Source: an uncultured Gemmatimonadales bacterium
Lineage (GTDB): Bacteria; Gemmatimonadota; Gemmatimonadetes; Longimicrobiales; Gaopeijiaceae
Length of the DNA stretch: 64,000 nt
NCBI GenBank assembly: GCA_963809895.1
Contig: CAWELD010000003.1
Location: 128,001-192,000, forward strand
Reading direction: 5' to 3'
The translations under genes and the position numbers were made by a program. Shown here piece after piece: positions 21,073 through 30,746 of the stretch. The notes beneath the pieces are model-generated. The model ran no database searches and was not told the origin of the DNA. It was given only the letters and a program-made list of their open reading frames with translations. Every line of letters starts with the position of its first letter. The stretch's first letter is position 1.

Positions 21073-22893
21073 TCAGTCCCCGACCGCCGGCTGTGCGGCG
21101 GACCCCTCGATCTCCTGTTCCAGCATCTGGCGATGAAGGAGCGTGGCGTACACCCCGTTCCGCGCCACCAGCTCCTCGTGCGTGCCCCGCTCCGCGATGC
21201 GGCCGTCGTCGAGCACCAGGATCTGATCCGCGTTCATGACCGCCGACACACGGTGGGAGATGATGAAGGACGTGCGCTCACTCATCACCCGCCGAAGATC
21301 CTCGAGGATGTGTGCCTCGGTCTGCGTATCCACCGCGCTCAGGGCATCGTCCAGGATGAGCACGCGCGGATCCCGCGCCACGGCCCGAGCCAGCGTGGCG
21401 CGCTGCTTCTGGCCGCCGGAGAGGTTGATCCCCCGCTCGCCGAGCACCGTCTGGTAGCGCTGCGGAAAGTCCTGGATCGAGTCGTGGAGCTGAGCGATGC
21501 GCGCGGCATCCTCCACGGTCCCCAGGGGCGCGTCGCCGGGATCGCGGTCGCCGTCCTCCTGCCCGAGCGTGGTGTCGGAAAGGCCCAGGGCGATGTTGCG
21601 GCCGATGGTCTCGGAGAAGAGGAAGGGATCCTGGGGGACCACACCCATGACACTCCGTAGCGCTTCGGGGTCGTACGAGGTCAGCGGCACGCCGTCCAGG
21701 AGCACCTCACCCCCGGTCGGGTCGAAGAGCCGGGGAATGAGCGACACCAACGTGCTCTTGCCCGACCCCGTGGCACCGACCAGCGCCACCGTCTGTCCCG
21801 GTCTCGCCACGAAGGACACGTCCCGGAGCACGTCGCGCTCGGTGCCCGGGTAGCGGAAGGAGACGTCGCGGAACTCGATTTCACCGCGCGCACCGTCCAC
21901 CGGCCGGGGATCCTCCGGGGACCGCACGGCGGGCTGCCGCTCCATGATCGCGTTGATGCGCCCCATCGACGCCGCACCGCGCTGGAAGAGGTTCACGACC
22001 CAGCCCAGGGCGATCATGGGCCAGATCAGGAGCGCCAGGTAGAAGAAGAACGCCACGTAGTCGCCGACCGTGATGGCGCCGGACATGACCTCCTGTCCCC
22101 CGAACCAGAGTACCACCACCATCCCACCACCGCTGATCAAGCCCAGCAGAGGGTGGAAGAGGCCCGCGGCCTTGACCAGGCGAACGTTGCGGTCCCGATA
22201 TTCGGCGTTGAGCTCGCGGAACTGACGTCCCTGCTCGTCCTCCTGCGTGTAGGCGCGCACGATGCGCATTCCCGTCAGGTTCTCCTGCACCATGGTGGAC
22301 AGGGTGGAGTACTGCTCCTGGATCTCCTCGAAGCGGCGGTGGATGATCTTGCCGAAGCCCAGGACCACCGGAGGAAGGATGAGCATGGGGACCAGGGCGT
22401 AGAGCGTGAGCCGGGGAGAGATCCACAGCATCAGCCCGAGCGCGAATACGAACCCCACCGCCGTGTTGACGGCGTACATGAGCGCGGGACCGGCGGCCTG
22501 ACGGACGGCGAGGGTGTCGTTGGTGGCCCGGCTCATCAGATCGCCGGTGCGCGTGGACCCGTAGAACGACACGTCCAGCCTCAGGAGGTGCCGGAAGAAG
22601 TCGTTCCGGAGGTCCACCTCCATGCGTCGGCTGATTCCGTTGAGCAGCTGGCGCATTCCGAAGCGTGCCGCGCCGCCCAGGACCGTGAATCCCACGATCA
22701 GGAGCGACAGCATTCCGATGCGCACCAGGTCGACGTCGGGGGTGCCGAGACCGTCGATGGCGAGCTTCACGAGCCAGGGGCCGGCGATGGTGAAGGCCTG
22801 GGCCACGGCCACCAGCACCAGACCCCAGATCAGACCCTTGCGGTAGGGGCGGTAGTACGGGAGGATGGCGCGAAGCTGGTTCATGGGGTCCAT
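21073..22893 (-). CDS. ABC exporter, fused permease/ATPase (MdlA-like)
   Basis: TM domain with TGDLMSRATND, GATGSGKST, LSGGQKQR, LDDALSAVD; start at 22893 or 22884. Confidence 0.95.
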   Translation of the reverse strand: MDPMNQLRAILPYYRPYRKGLIWGLVLVAVAQAFTIAGPWLVKLAIDGLGTPDVDLVRIGMLSLLIVGFTVLGGAARFGMRQLLNGISRRMEVDLRNDFFRHLLRLDVSFYGSTRTGDLMSRATNDTLAVRQAAGPALMYAVNTAVGFVFALGLMLWISPRLTLYALVPMLILPPVVLGFGKIIHRRFEEIQEQYSTLSTMVQENLTGMRIVRAYTQEDEQGRQFRELNAEYRDRNVRLVKAAGLFHPLLGLISGGGMVVVLWFGGQEVMSGAITVGDYVAFFFYLALLIWPMIALGWVVNLFQRGAASMGRINAIMERQPAVRSPEDPRPVDGARGEIEFRDVSFRYPGTERDVLRDVSFVARPGQTVALVGATGSGKSTLVSLIPRLFDPTGGEVLLDGVPLTSYDPEALRSVMGVVPQDPFLFSETIGRNIALGLSDTTLGQEDGDRDPGDAPLGTVEDAARIAQLHDSIQDFPQRYQTVLGERGINLSGGQKQRATLARAVARDPRVLILDDALSAVDTQTEAHILEDLRRVMSERTSFIISHRVSAVMNADQILVLDDGRIAERGTHEELVARNGVYATLLHRQMLEQEIEGSAAQPAVGD

Positions 22894-22953
22894 TCTTGTC
22901 CCGGGCTTCGGGAAAGTTCCGAGGGTGTCGGCGGCGCCCCCGGGACCCGGTCC

Positions 22954-22982
22954 TGCAACCTTCTGCCCGCCGGAATCGTCTT
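22954..22982 (+). promoter_or_regulatory. Possible ECF-type promoter
   Basis: TGCAAC-N17-CGTC about 65 nt upstream of ATG 23048. Confidence 0.45.
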
Positions 22983-23047
22983 GACGAACGTGGGCTCCTG
23001 CCGGAGGTTGGCGGCGGGGCGTCCGCTCGATCCTCCCTCGGGGAACC

Positions 23048-23728
23048 ATGTCCAGAATCACCGTCACAGCAGCGTTCCTCGTCGTGGCCGCGTTGGTCAC
23101 CTGGTCGGCGTTCCTCGTCGGTCCCCAGACGGGGATGGGTGCCCTGCTCATCAACCTGGGCACGGAGATCATCGGCATCGTGATCACCGTGGCCGTGGTG
23201 GAGTGGTTCTTCGAGCGTCGGCGGGCGCTGGAACGGGGACGGCAGGTGGCCTGGAGCGCGCTGCACGCCGTGGAGCACGTGGTGTGGGTCTGGCAGGGCG
23301 GTCCGCGTGAGGTCGATGCGGATCAGATCCTGGGCATCCTGGGCGCGGTCAAGGACGACGACCCGCTGCCGGACTTCACCCAGAACCTCCTCCTCGGACT
23401 GGGCACGCGCTCCAAGCACACGCTGCACAACGATCAGGCGGCGCTGGAGGCACTCCCCGGGCTGATGACGGCGTTCGAGGAGCTGGCCCGCCTGAACGCC
23501 ATTCGTGAGGGGGGACACGTGACCCCGCCGCGAAAGGTCGCCGATATCCTGGAGTTGGGGGTCAAGGGCGTGGCGCGGGTGCTGGGACAACCGGCGGAGC
23601 CCATGCCGGCGCGGTTGATCCGCTACGTGGACGCCGCCGAGGAGCAGCAGGAGCTCCGCTATTTCGGCGGGCGCGCAGACGAGAGCCACCCTCGCCGGCT
23701 GCAGCGCTCGACGGGAGAGCTGTTCTAG
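23048..23728 (+). CDS. Hypothetical membrane protein (2 TM helices plus soluble domain)
   Basis: Two N-terminal hydrophobic helices (LINLGTEIIGIVITV), coding-like composition. Confidence 0.8.
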   Translation: MSRITVTAAFLVVAALVTWSAFLVGPQTGMGALLINLGTEIIGIVITVAVVEWFFERRRALERGRQVAWSALHAVEHVVWVWQGGPREVDADQILGILGAVKDDDPLPDFTQNLLLGLGTRSKHTLHNDQAALEALPGLMTAFEELARLNAIREGGHVTPPRKVADILELGVKGVARVLGQPAEPMPARLIRYVDAAEEQQELRYFGGRADESHPRRLQRSTGELF

Positions 23729-23737
23729 CAGGTCGCG

Positions 23738-24481
23738 CTAGAGCCCCAGGAACGCCTGCATGGCCTCGCGTGACTCCGGCGACCGCAGGCGCTGGCCCAG
23801 CAGCCGGCTCTCCTTCTGGATGCGCTCACCCAGAGCATCGTCCAGACCCTCGCGCAGCAGCGCCCGGGTCAGGCGCAGCGCCTCGGGAGGCTTGGCCGCC
23901 AGCCTGGTCGCCACTTCGCGGGCCCGCTCCAGGACCTCGTCGTCGGGATGGACCCGGTTGACGATACCGTAGCGTGCGGCCGTGGCGGCGTCGAAGGGAT
24001 CCCCCAGCAGAAGGAGCTCGGCCGCGCGCCTGCTGCCCACCAGGAGGGGGAGGAGCAGGCTGGAACCCGCCTCGGGCACGAGCCCCAGATCGACGAAGGG
24101 AAGACGCAGCACCGCGCTCTCGGCGGCGTAGACCAGGTCGCAGTGCAGGAGCATGGTGGTGCCGATGCCCACCGCCGGTCCGTTCACCGCGGCCACCAGG
24201 GGTGTGCGACACCCGCTCAGGGCCTCGAGGAACCGATGAACGGGCGCTCCGGGGTCCAGCGGTGGGTCGTCCAGGAAGTCACGCAGGTCGTTCCCCGCCG
24301 TGAAGCAGTCCGCGGTGCCGGTGAGCAGCAGGGCCCGGACGTCGTCACGCTCGTCGGCCTCCACGAGAGCCTCGGCCAGCGAGGCGTACATGGCCTGGGT
24401 CAGGGCGTTCTTCTTGTCCGGCCGGTTCATGCGGATCGTCATGACGCCGCTCCGGACGTCGACCTGCACGGTGTCGGTCAT
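23738..24481 (-). CDS. Enoyl-CoA hydratase/isomerase
   Basis: NRPDKKNAL, FTAGNDL, AAVNGPAVGIG, LGLVPEAGSS; GGAGGAG SD. Confidence 0.95.
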   Translation of the reverse strand: MTDTVQVDVRSGVMTIRMNRPDKKNALTQAMYASLAEALVEADERDDVRALLLTGTADCFTAGNDLRDFLDDPPLDPGAPVHRFLEALSGCRTPLVAAVNGPAVGIGTTMLLHCDLVYAAESAVLRLPFVDLGLVPEAGSSLLLPLLVGSRRAAELLLLGDPFDAATAARYGIVNRVHPDDEVLERAREVATRLAAKPPEALRLTRALLREGLDDALGERIQKESRLLGQRLRSPESREAMQAFLGL

Positions 24482-24503
24482 GGTGCTCCTCCCTGGATGG
24501 TCG

Positions 24504-25742
24504 TCATGGTGTCGACCCCAGGGCGCGCTCCACGCTCGCGATCCAGCGGGCGCGCTCGTGGGGGTCGGTGAAGAGAAAGCGCAGGCGGTCGCCCTCGGAG
24601 CCAGGGCAGACCACCGCCCGGGTGGTGGCGCCGCCGTCCAACTCCAGGTGGAGTGGCGCGGGCCCGGTGACCACCTCGCGGTCCCGGGGCCATGCGACGC
24701 CGGCGCCGTGATGGCCCAGGTCGCGCACGGCGACGCGGAAGCGTTCTCCCGCCGGATCCTCGATCCACATGTCGATCCCCTGGACGTCGCCTCGAGCACA
24801 GACGCGTCGGTCACGGCACGCGGCGAAGCCCTCGTCTCCGTACTGGAACCAGGGCAGGTCGTCGAGGGGACGTTCGCTCAGGAACCGCTCGTAGAGTTCG
24901 AGGACGCGCTGGGGCCGCTCGACGTTCGCCAGATGATCGCCCCCCGCGAGCACGCCGAATTGCACGTCGGCGCATCCCCTCGCCACCTCCGCGGCCTGGA
25001 ACGGGGGCATGAAGTGGTCGTGCTTGCATCCGAACACGAGCGCGGGGCAGCGAGGCGTGCCGGACAGCTCCTCGCTGAAGAGCCGCGAGGAATTGGTCCA
25101 CCAGCGGTCGTGGGCCTCCATGGGGAGTCCCATGAGACTCTCGTGGAAGCGCTGGAGAAGCCGGTCTTCGACGCCGGTCTGCTCGCACGCCTCCAGGTTG
25201 ATCAGGTGGAGGACACAACTCCACGCCCACGCCTCGTGCTCACCCTGCTCGTCGATCCAGCGGGCCGCGTGCAGGATGGCGCGCAGGCTCGGCTGGAGCT
25301 TCGGCGCGGTTCCGCCCAGGATCAGCCGGTGGACGCGCTCCGGGAAGCCCACCGCGATGCGATGCGCGATGCCCGAGCCGTACGAGAGGCCCACCGGGGT
25401 GACCCGCTCGATACCGTGGTGATCCATGAAATCCCGGACGAGCGCGGCGAAGTCGCTGAACCCCATCCCCTCCGACGGATGCAGGTTCAGCCCCTGCCCC
25501 GGGAGGTCCACGAGAATGACCGGCCACCGCCGCGTGAGCCGCTCCACGTCGTGGCGGAACGACCAGAAGGTCTGAAACGCACCACCCACCAGGAGCACAG
25601 GGTCGCCGGTCAGGCCGTCGGGACCGTCGAAGCACAGGTACTGCACGCGCGACGCTCCGAGCCGGGTGACGTGCCCCGGACCCTTCAGTGGCTCGCGGCT
25701 GAACTCGCGTTCACGCACGAGGGTGGCCTCGGGATCGCTCAT
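24504..25742 (-). CDS. Alpha/beta hydrolase with C-terminal PilZ-like domain
   Basis: VDLPGQG, GLSYG nucleophile elbow, Asp/His near HDHF and GGDH; then RVCAR and DLGHHG PilZ-like motifs. Confidence 0.8.
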   Translation of the reverse strand: MSDPEATLVREREFSREPLKGPGHVTRLGASRVQYLCFDGPDGLTGDPVLLVGGAFQTFWSFRHDVERLTRRWPVILVDLPGQGLNLHPSEGMGFSDFAALVRDFMDHHGIERVTPVGLSYGSGIAHRIAVGFPERVHRLILGGTAPKLQPSLRAILHAARWIDEQGEHEAWAWSCVLHLINLEACEQTGVEDRLLQRFHESLMGLPMEAHDRWWTNSSRLFSEELSGTPRCPALVFGCKHDHFMPPFQAAEVARGCADVQFGVLAGGDHLANVERPQRVLELYERFLSERPLDDLPWFQYGDEGFAACRDRRVCARGDVQGIDMWIEDPAGERFRVAVRDLGHHGAGVAWPRDREVVTGPAPLHLELDGGATTRAVVCPGSEGDRLRFLFTDPHERARWIASVERALGSTP

Positions 25743-25915
25743 GGTGACTCCGTCATGGAGGGTCGGACGCTGGTGGTCGGGCGCCGGCGTGGCTCGGGGC
25801 ATGGGTCGGCCAGGTGGCCGCGCGCCGTGCTCCCGGGCATCTTGACGAGCATGGGGTGGTGCCGTCGAGGGGCACCGCCGCGTTCGCGGGACACCGCCCA
25901 CAGGAGGCGCGGCCG

Positions 25916-26401
25916 ATGGTGGAGATTCGATTCGATGACGTTGAGGCGCTCCGGGCCAGGATCGCCGACGAGTTCGGAGCCTTCGGGGAGACCATGGAGG
26001 TCACGCAGGAGCTGATCGACGGCTTTGCCGAGCTGACCGGAGACGATCAGTGGATTCACGTGGATCCCGAGCGCTGCCGCGAAGAGAGTCCGTTCGGCAC
26101 CACCATCGCGCACGGCTTCCTGCTGGTGTCGCTGCTGACGGTCCTCACCACCTCCATCGACCGGGGCTTCCGCGTCGTCGAGGCCGGAAACGTCATCAAC
26201 TACGGCTGCGATGGGTTCCGCTTCCTGGCGCCGGTGCCCGCGGGCTCGCGGATCCACGCGCGTCAGAGGCTCACCGCGGTGGAGCCGGCGGGCCGTGGGA
26301 CCCGGGTCACGTCGGACATCGCGGTGCACGTCGTGGGTCGCGAGCGTCCCGCCCTGGTGTACACGGCCGTCACCCTGTTCCAGCCTCCCCCTTCGGGCTG
26401 A
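25916..26401 (+). CDS. MaoC-family (R)-specific dehydratase
   Basis: FAELTGDDQWIHVD, TIAHGFL, NYG..RFLAPV; AGGAGG SD. Confidence 0.93.
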   Translation: MVEIRFDDVEALRARIADEFGAFGETMEVTQELIDGFAELTGDDQWIHVDPERCREESPFGTTIAHGFLLVSLLTVLTTSIDRGFRVVEAGNVINYGCDGFRFLAPVPAGSRIHARQRLTAVEPAGRGTRVTSDIAVHVVGRERPALVYTAVTLFQPPPSG

Positions 26402-26413
26402 CCGGTTCACGGG

Positions 26414-26941
26414 CTACTCCTCGTCGGCGAAGCGGATCTCGTTCTGCCTCACGCGGTCGTGGAACCGCTCCCGATCCAGCTCCCGGGGGCGGCCGGAGGG
26501 GTCGAAGGGCTCCTTGAAGTCGAAGGCGAAGGGCGACGGTCCCCGCTCGTGGAGGGTCTGGATCCGCCGGCACGCCTCCCCCGGTGTCGGCACGTGCTCG
26601 TCGTCGACCCACCAGGCGGCGTAGCTGGGCCAATCACCCTCCTGTGCCCACTGGCGGCGCTTCTTGAAGGCCTCCATGTGGGCTCCGCGGTAGGCGAAGG
26701 CGCACACCGACTCCAGGTCGGTCCAGAGCGAGAGCGTCGTCTGCGCGAGGCGCTTGTCCCACCCCGCGAAGAACTCCGGCCACGCCCGGGGGCCCCACGA
26801 CCCGTCGTCGGTCGCGAGGAAGCCCGCGGAGCCGCCCGCCCGCGCGAACACCTTCTCCACCCGCTCGAAGAACCCCTGCACCCGGGGATCGCCCTCGGGC
26901 TCGTGCAGGACGCCGAATGTGTAAAAAGCCAGACGTGGAAT
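26414..26941 (-). CDS. DUF3291-family protein (probable ATT start)
   Basis: TLSLWTDLES..FAY.G.H.EA...R.W and AAWWV...P...GPSPFAFDF motifs; frame extends to ATT 26941 after GGAGGT. Confidence 0.85.
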   Translation of the reverse strand: MPRLAFYTFGVLHEPEGDPRVQGFFERVEKVFARAGGSAGFLATDDGSWGPRAWPEFFAGWDKRLAQTTLSLWTDLESVCAFAYRGAHMEAFKKRRQWAQEGDWPSYAAWWVDDEHVPTPGEACRRIQTLHERGPSPFAFDFKEPFDPSGRPRELDRERFHDRVRQNEIRFADEE

Positions 26942-27174
26942 GTGGACACCTCCGCTCTCGGACCCGGGGATTCACTGCCGACGGCCTCGAGCCTCACCCA
27001 CGAGGGTGGGCGCCCACTCTAACGTCGTGTTGCCCCGCGACCCGCCATCCCAGATGTTCACGGCGTCGGCGGGCGGCGGGGCGACAGCCGACCGCCGCGA
27101 CTGTGTAGTGGCGCCGTGGTGCACCGGCACGTTCGCGCCGACTACACCAGTTCCGAGCGAGGCGCGAGGGGGAC

Positions 27175-29895
27175 ATGAGCGACGGCAGCAGGTGGCGCAG
27201 GCACCGGCGACCGCTGGTCCGGTTGGGGCATGGCCTCGCGCTGGGGGCCGTGGCCGCGGTGCTGCTCCTGGCCGTGCGTGACAGCGAGCCGCTACGCCTC
27301 CTGGAGGCTCGCACCTTCGATGTCAGGGCCCGCTGGGCGGCCGAGCCTGCACGGGCAGACACGGGAATCGTGTTCGTGGACATCGATCCGGCCAGCCTCC
27401 AGGCCTACCGTGAGAGCCTGGGCCGGTGGCCGTGGCCGCGCGATGCCCACGCGGCCATCGTCCAGTACCTGTCGGCCGCCGGGGCCCGCCTGATCGTGTT
27501 CGACGTCATGTTTCCCGAGGCCGACGTCGGGGATCCCGAGGCGGACACGATCTTCGCCGAGGCGTTGAGCGCCAGCGGACGCGTGATCCTCCCCCTTCTC
27601 TTCGGCCGTGCGCAGACCGCGGAGCGAGGCGCCGGGGACACCGGGGTCGGCGCCTTCCAGAGCATGGAGGCTCCGCATCCGCTGTTCCGGAGCGAGGCCC
27701 TGGACCTGGGGAGCGTGAACCTCAACGCCGATCCGGACGGGGTGGTCCGCTCGGATCGGCTCGTCTACGCCTACGACGGGCGCCTCTATCCGTCGCTGGC
27801 CCTGGCCGCGGCCCGGCAGCTCGCTCCGGAGCGTTTCGGGGGCACGCCGAACGTGCAGTCCGGAGAGGTCCGCCTCGCCGGTGAGCGCGTGCCGGTGACG
27901 GAGGGTCGCATGGTGTTGCGCTGGCGGGGGCCCTATCTGGAGGGGGGGACCTCCACCTACCCGATCTACCCGGCCTTCCGCATCCTGAACAGCGCCGCGC
28001 AGGTGCGGGTCGGGGCCCCGCCCGACGTGCCCATGGCGGCGCTGCGCGGCAAGGTCGTGTTCGTGGGCGTGACCGCGGCGGGCACCGAGGAGTTCGATGC
28101 CCGGCCCAACCCGATGCGGGCCTTCGACCCGGGGGTGCTCGTGCACGCCACCGCCCTGGACGACCTCCTGCAGGGGGACTGGATCGAGCGCGCGCCGTGG
28201 TGGGCCGACGGTGTCACCGTGGCCGCTGCCGCCCTCGGGGTGGGTGGGCTGACTGCGCTGGGCACTCCCTGGCTGGCGGCGGCGGCCTCCGTGGTCGTCC
28301 TCACGCTGGTGGCGGCGGGGGCGTTCGTGGCCTTCGCCGGCGGTTGGTGGGTCGGGTTGGCCGCGCCGCTGGTGGCGGGGGGCCTGACGCTGCTGGCCGG
28401 CCTGACCGTGAGCTGGGCCACGGAGGGCCGGGAAAAGCGGCGCGTACGAGACCTCTTCAGCCGGTACGTGAGCCCCGAGTACGTGCGCCGCTTGACGGAC
28501 GATGTGGAGAATCTGCGTTTGGGAGGACAGAGACGGGAGCTCACGCTCCTGTTCAGCGACATCCGGGGCTTCACGAGCCTGTCGGAGCGGCTCCCGGCCG
28601 AAGAGGTCATCGGCGTGCTGAACGAATACCTGGACCGGATGACGGCCGTGGTGTTCGAGCACGGCGGGACGCTGGACAAGTTCATCGGAGATGCCGTGAT
28701 GGCGTTCTGGGGCGCGCCGGTACCCGAGCCGCGCCAGGCCACGCGCGCCGTGGAGGCTGCCCTGCACATGCTCGAGGAGACGGCGACGCTGAACCGCCAG
28801 TGGCGGGAGCGCGGCGTGCCGGTGGAGTTGGAGATCGGCATAGGCGTGCACACCGGCGAGGCCGTGGTGGGCAACGTGGGCTCGTTGGCCCGCAAGCTCG
28901 ACTACACCGCCATCGGCGACGCCGTGAACCTGGCCAGCCGTCTGGAGTCCCTGAACAAGGAGCTGGGCACCCACGTGATCGTGAGCGAATCCACACGCAT
29001 CGCCGTCGAGGGCGACTACGACTTCCGTGCCCTCGACGAGGTGCGGGTGCGGGGGAAGGAGAAGCCCGTGAAGATCTACGAGCTGCGAGGCCCGGGGCAG
29101 GGCTCGCCGACGCGTCGGCCGTCGGCCCCGTCGACGTTGGCTCTGGTGGCGACGCTGCTCGGCCTCCTGGCTCCGACGCCGGGGGCGGCCCAACAGAAAG
29201 CCCGTTGGACCGACCTCTACTACCGGCCCGGCGCCTGGAACGGCGCCCAGCTCACGGGTCACCGGACGACGAACCGCGACACCGACACCCTGGCCCTGGC
29301 GGCACTGGTCGAGGTCTACTCGGCGCCGCCGCGCTGGCGGGCCGAGGTGGTCCGGGTGCGGAGCGCCACCACGCTGGACAGCGAGCCGCTGGTGCTGGTG
29401 ATGGACGGCTCCCAGGTCCAGGTGCTCACGGGCATGGGGTCCACGCCGCTGTCGGAGCACGCGGCGGGTGACGACTCGCTGGTCGCGGCGGTGGTGTCCC
29501 AGATCCGGTCCAGCGGCGGACGCGTGGACACGACACCCGGCACCAGGCGACTCGTGGACGCCGCCCCGTCCGGCGTCGTGCAGTGGGTCGTTCTGCGGCG
29601 GCCGGCGGCCCGGGCGGAGTTCGCCGACGCCCTTCTGGACACCGGCACGGGGGGGCGTCTGGGGCGGCGGCTGGCCCAGCTCGGCGTCCAGGCCGCCGGC
29701 GGGGAGCGCCGCTCGGAGGTGGTCGCCAGCGCCGGTGCCCGGGGCGTGGTCACCGTGCGCACCGTGGACGGCGAGATCACGGTCACACCCGACACCGCCG
29801 CCATCCGTGGGCTGGAGCAGGTGCGGATCGGCATCCTCGACCTCGAGCGCTTCTGGCGAGAGGGTGGGTTGCTGGGCAACGGAGGTGGACGGTGA
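27175..29895 (+). CDS. CHASE2-domain class III adenylate cyclase with C-terminal exported-domain fusion
   Basis: CHASE2 (WPWPR, FDVMFPE, DPDGVVR, PGVLVHA), TM helices, cyclase FSDIRGFT / DKFIGDA / YTAIGDAVNLASRLE, then a hydrophobic stretch and about 235 extra aa. Confidence 0.93.
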   Translation: MSDGSRWRRHRRPLVRLGHGLALGAVAAVLLLAVRDSEPLRLLEARTFDVRARWAAEPARADTGIVFVDIDPASLQAYRESLGRWPWPRDAHAAIVQYLSAAGARLIVFDVMFPEADVGDPEADTIFAEALSASGRVILPLLFGRAQTAERGAGDTGVGAFQSMEAPHPLFRSEALDLGSVNLNADPDGVVRSDRLVYAYDGRLYPSLALAAARQLAPERFGGTPNVQSGEVRLAGERVPVTEGRMVLRWRGPYLEGGTSTYPIYPAFRILNSAAQVRVGAPPDVPMAALRGKVVFVGVTAAGTEEFDARPNPMRAFDPGVLVHATALDDLLQGDWIERAPWWADGVTVAAAALGVGGLTALGTPWLAAAASVVVLTLVAAGAFVAFAGGWWVGLAAPLVAGGLTLLAGLTVSWATEGREKRRVRDLFSRYVSPEYVRRLTDDVENLRLGGQRRELTLLFSDIRGFTSLSERLPAEEVIGVLNEYLDRMTAVVFEHGGTLDKFIGDAVMAFWGAPVPEPRQATRAVEAALHMLEETATLNRQWRERGVPVELEIGIGVHTGEAVVGNVGSLARKLDYTAIGDAVNLASRLESLNKELGTHVIVSESTRIAVEGDYDFRALDEVRVRGKEKPVKIYELRGPGQGSPTRRPSAPSTLALVATLLGLLAPTPGAAQQKARWTDLYYRPGAWNGAQLTGHRTTNRDTDTLALAALVEVYSAPPRWRAEVVRVRSATTLDSEPLVLVMDGSQVQVLTGMGSTPLSEHAAGDDSLVAAVVSQIRSSGGRVDTTPGTRRLVDAAPSGVVQWVVLRRPAARAEFADALLDTGTGGRLGRRLAQLGVQAAGGERRSEVVASAGARGVVTVRTVDGEITVTPDTAAIRGLEQVRIGILDLERFWREGGLLGNGGGR

Positions 29896-30746
29896 GCGCG
29901 CGGTCCAGGGTCGGGTGCGGTCGAGGGGTCGCCCTGCTGGTTCTGACGCTGGCGCCTGCGGTGGTGACGGCTTGCACGGCCGCCGTACCCGGAAACCTGC
30001 AGGGGCTGGCGCGTATCGGACGATCCGCTCTGCCCATCGGCCCCGAGAAGGAGCAGGAGATCGGCTTCGGTATCGCCGCGACGGTGGCGGGCCGCTACGC
30101 CCTCGTCCAGGACGCGGCGCTCACCCGTTACGTGAACCTGGTCGGGCAGACCGTGGCTTCGCAGTCCACCCGTCAGGAGGAGGTGGCGTTCCACTTCGGC
30201 GTGCTGGACACCGACGAGGTGAACGCGTTCGCGGCGCCCGGGGGCTACATCCTGGTGACTCGCGGGGCGCTCGCCCGCATGACCTCCGAGGCGGAGCTCG
30301 CCGGCGTCCTGGCCCACGAGGTCGCCCACGTCGACGAGCGCCACGTGCTCGACGACATCCGCCGTTCCTCGGTGGCGGCCGAGGTTCAGGACGAGGCGGC
30401 TCTGTCGGGGCCGATCCTGGACCGGCTGGGAGCGCTGGGCACCACCATGCTCTTCACCGGCCTGAGCCGCGAGGACGAGATGGAGGCCGACTCCATCGGC
30501 ATGCTGTACGCGGCAGCCAGCGGGTACAGCCCCGACGGTCTGGTCCGGTTCCTCGAGCGGTTGGGTCCGGCCGGCGACACTGGAAGCACGCTCCGTGCCT
30601 GGGCGGCCACCCATCCCTCCGAGGCCGAGCGCGTCGCCGCGTTGACGCGTCAGATGGCCGCGGAGGACCTCGACGCTCGTTCGGGCCAGGTGCTGGCTGA
30701 GCGCTTCCGGGCGGCCATCGCCGAGGCGGGATCCCCCGTGCCATGA
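29892..30746 (+). CDS. M48-family metallopeptidase lipoprotein
   Basis: GTGA overlap, lipobox VTA-C, NAFAAPGG, HEVAH, EMEAD, THP. Confidence 0.93.
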   Translation: MSARSRVGCGRGVALLVLTLAPAVVTACTAAVPGNLQGLARIGRSALPIGPEKEQEIGFGIAATVAGRYALVQDAALTRYVNLVGQTVASQSTRQEEVAFHFGVLDTDEVNAFAAPGGYILVTRGALARMTSEAELAGVLAHEVAHVDERHVLDDIRRSSVAAEVQDEAALSGPILDRLGALGTTMLFTGLSREDEMEADSIGMLYAAASGYSPDGLVRFLERLGPAGDTGSTLRAWAATHPSEAERVAALTRQMAAEDLDARSGQVLAERFRAAIAEAGSPVP

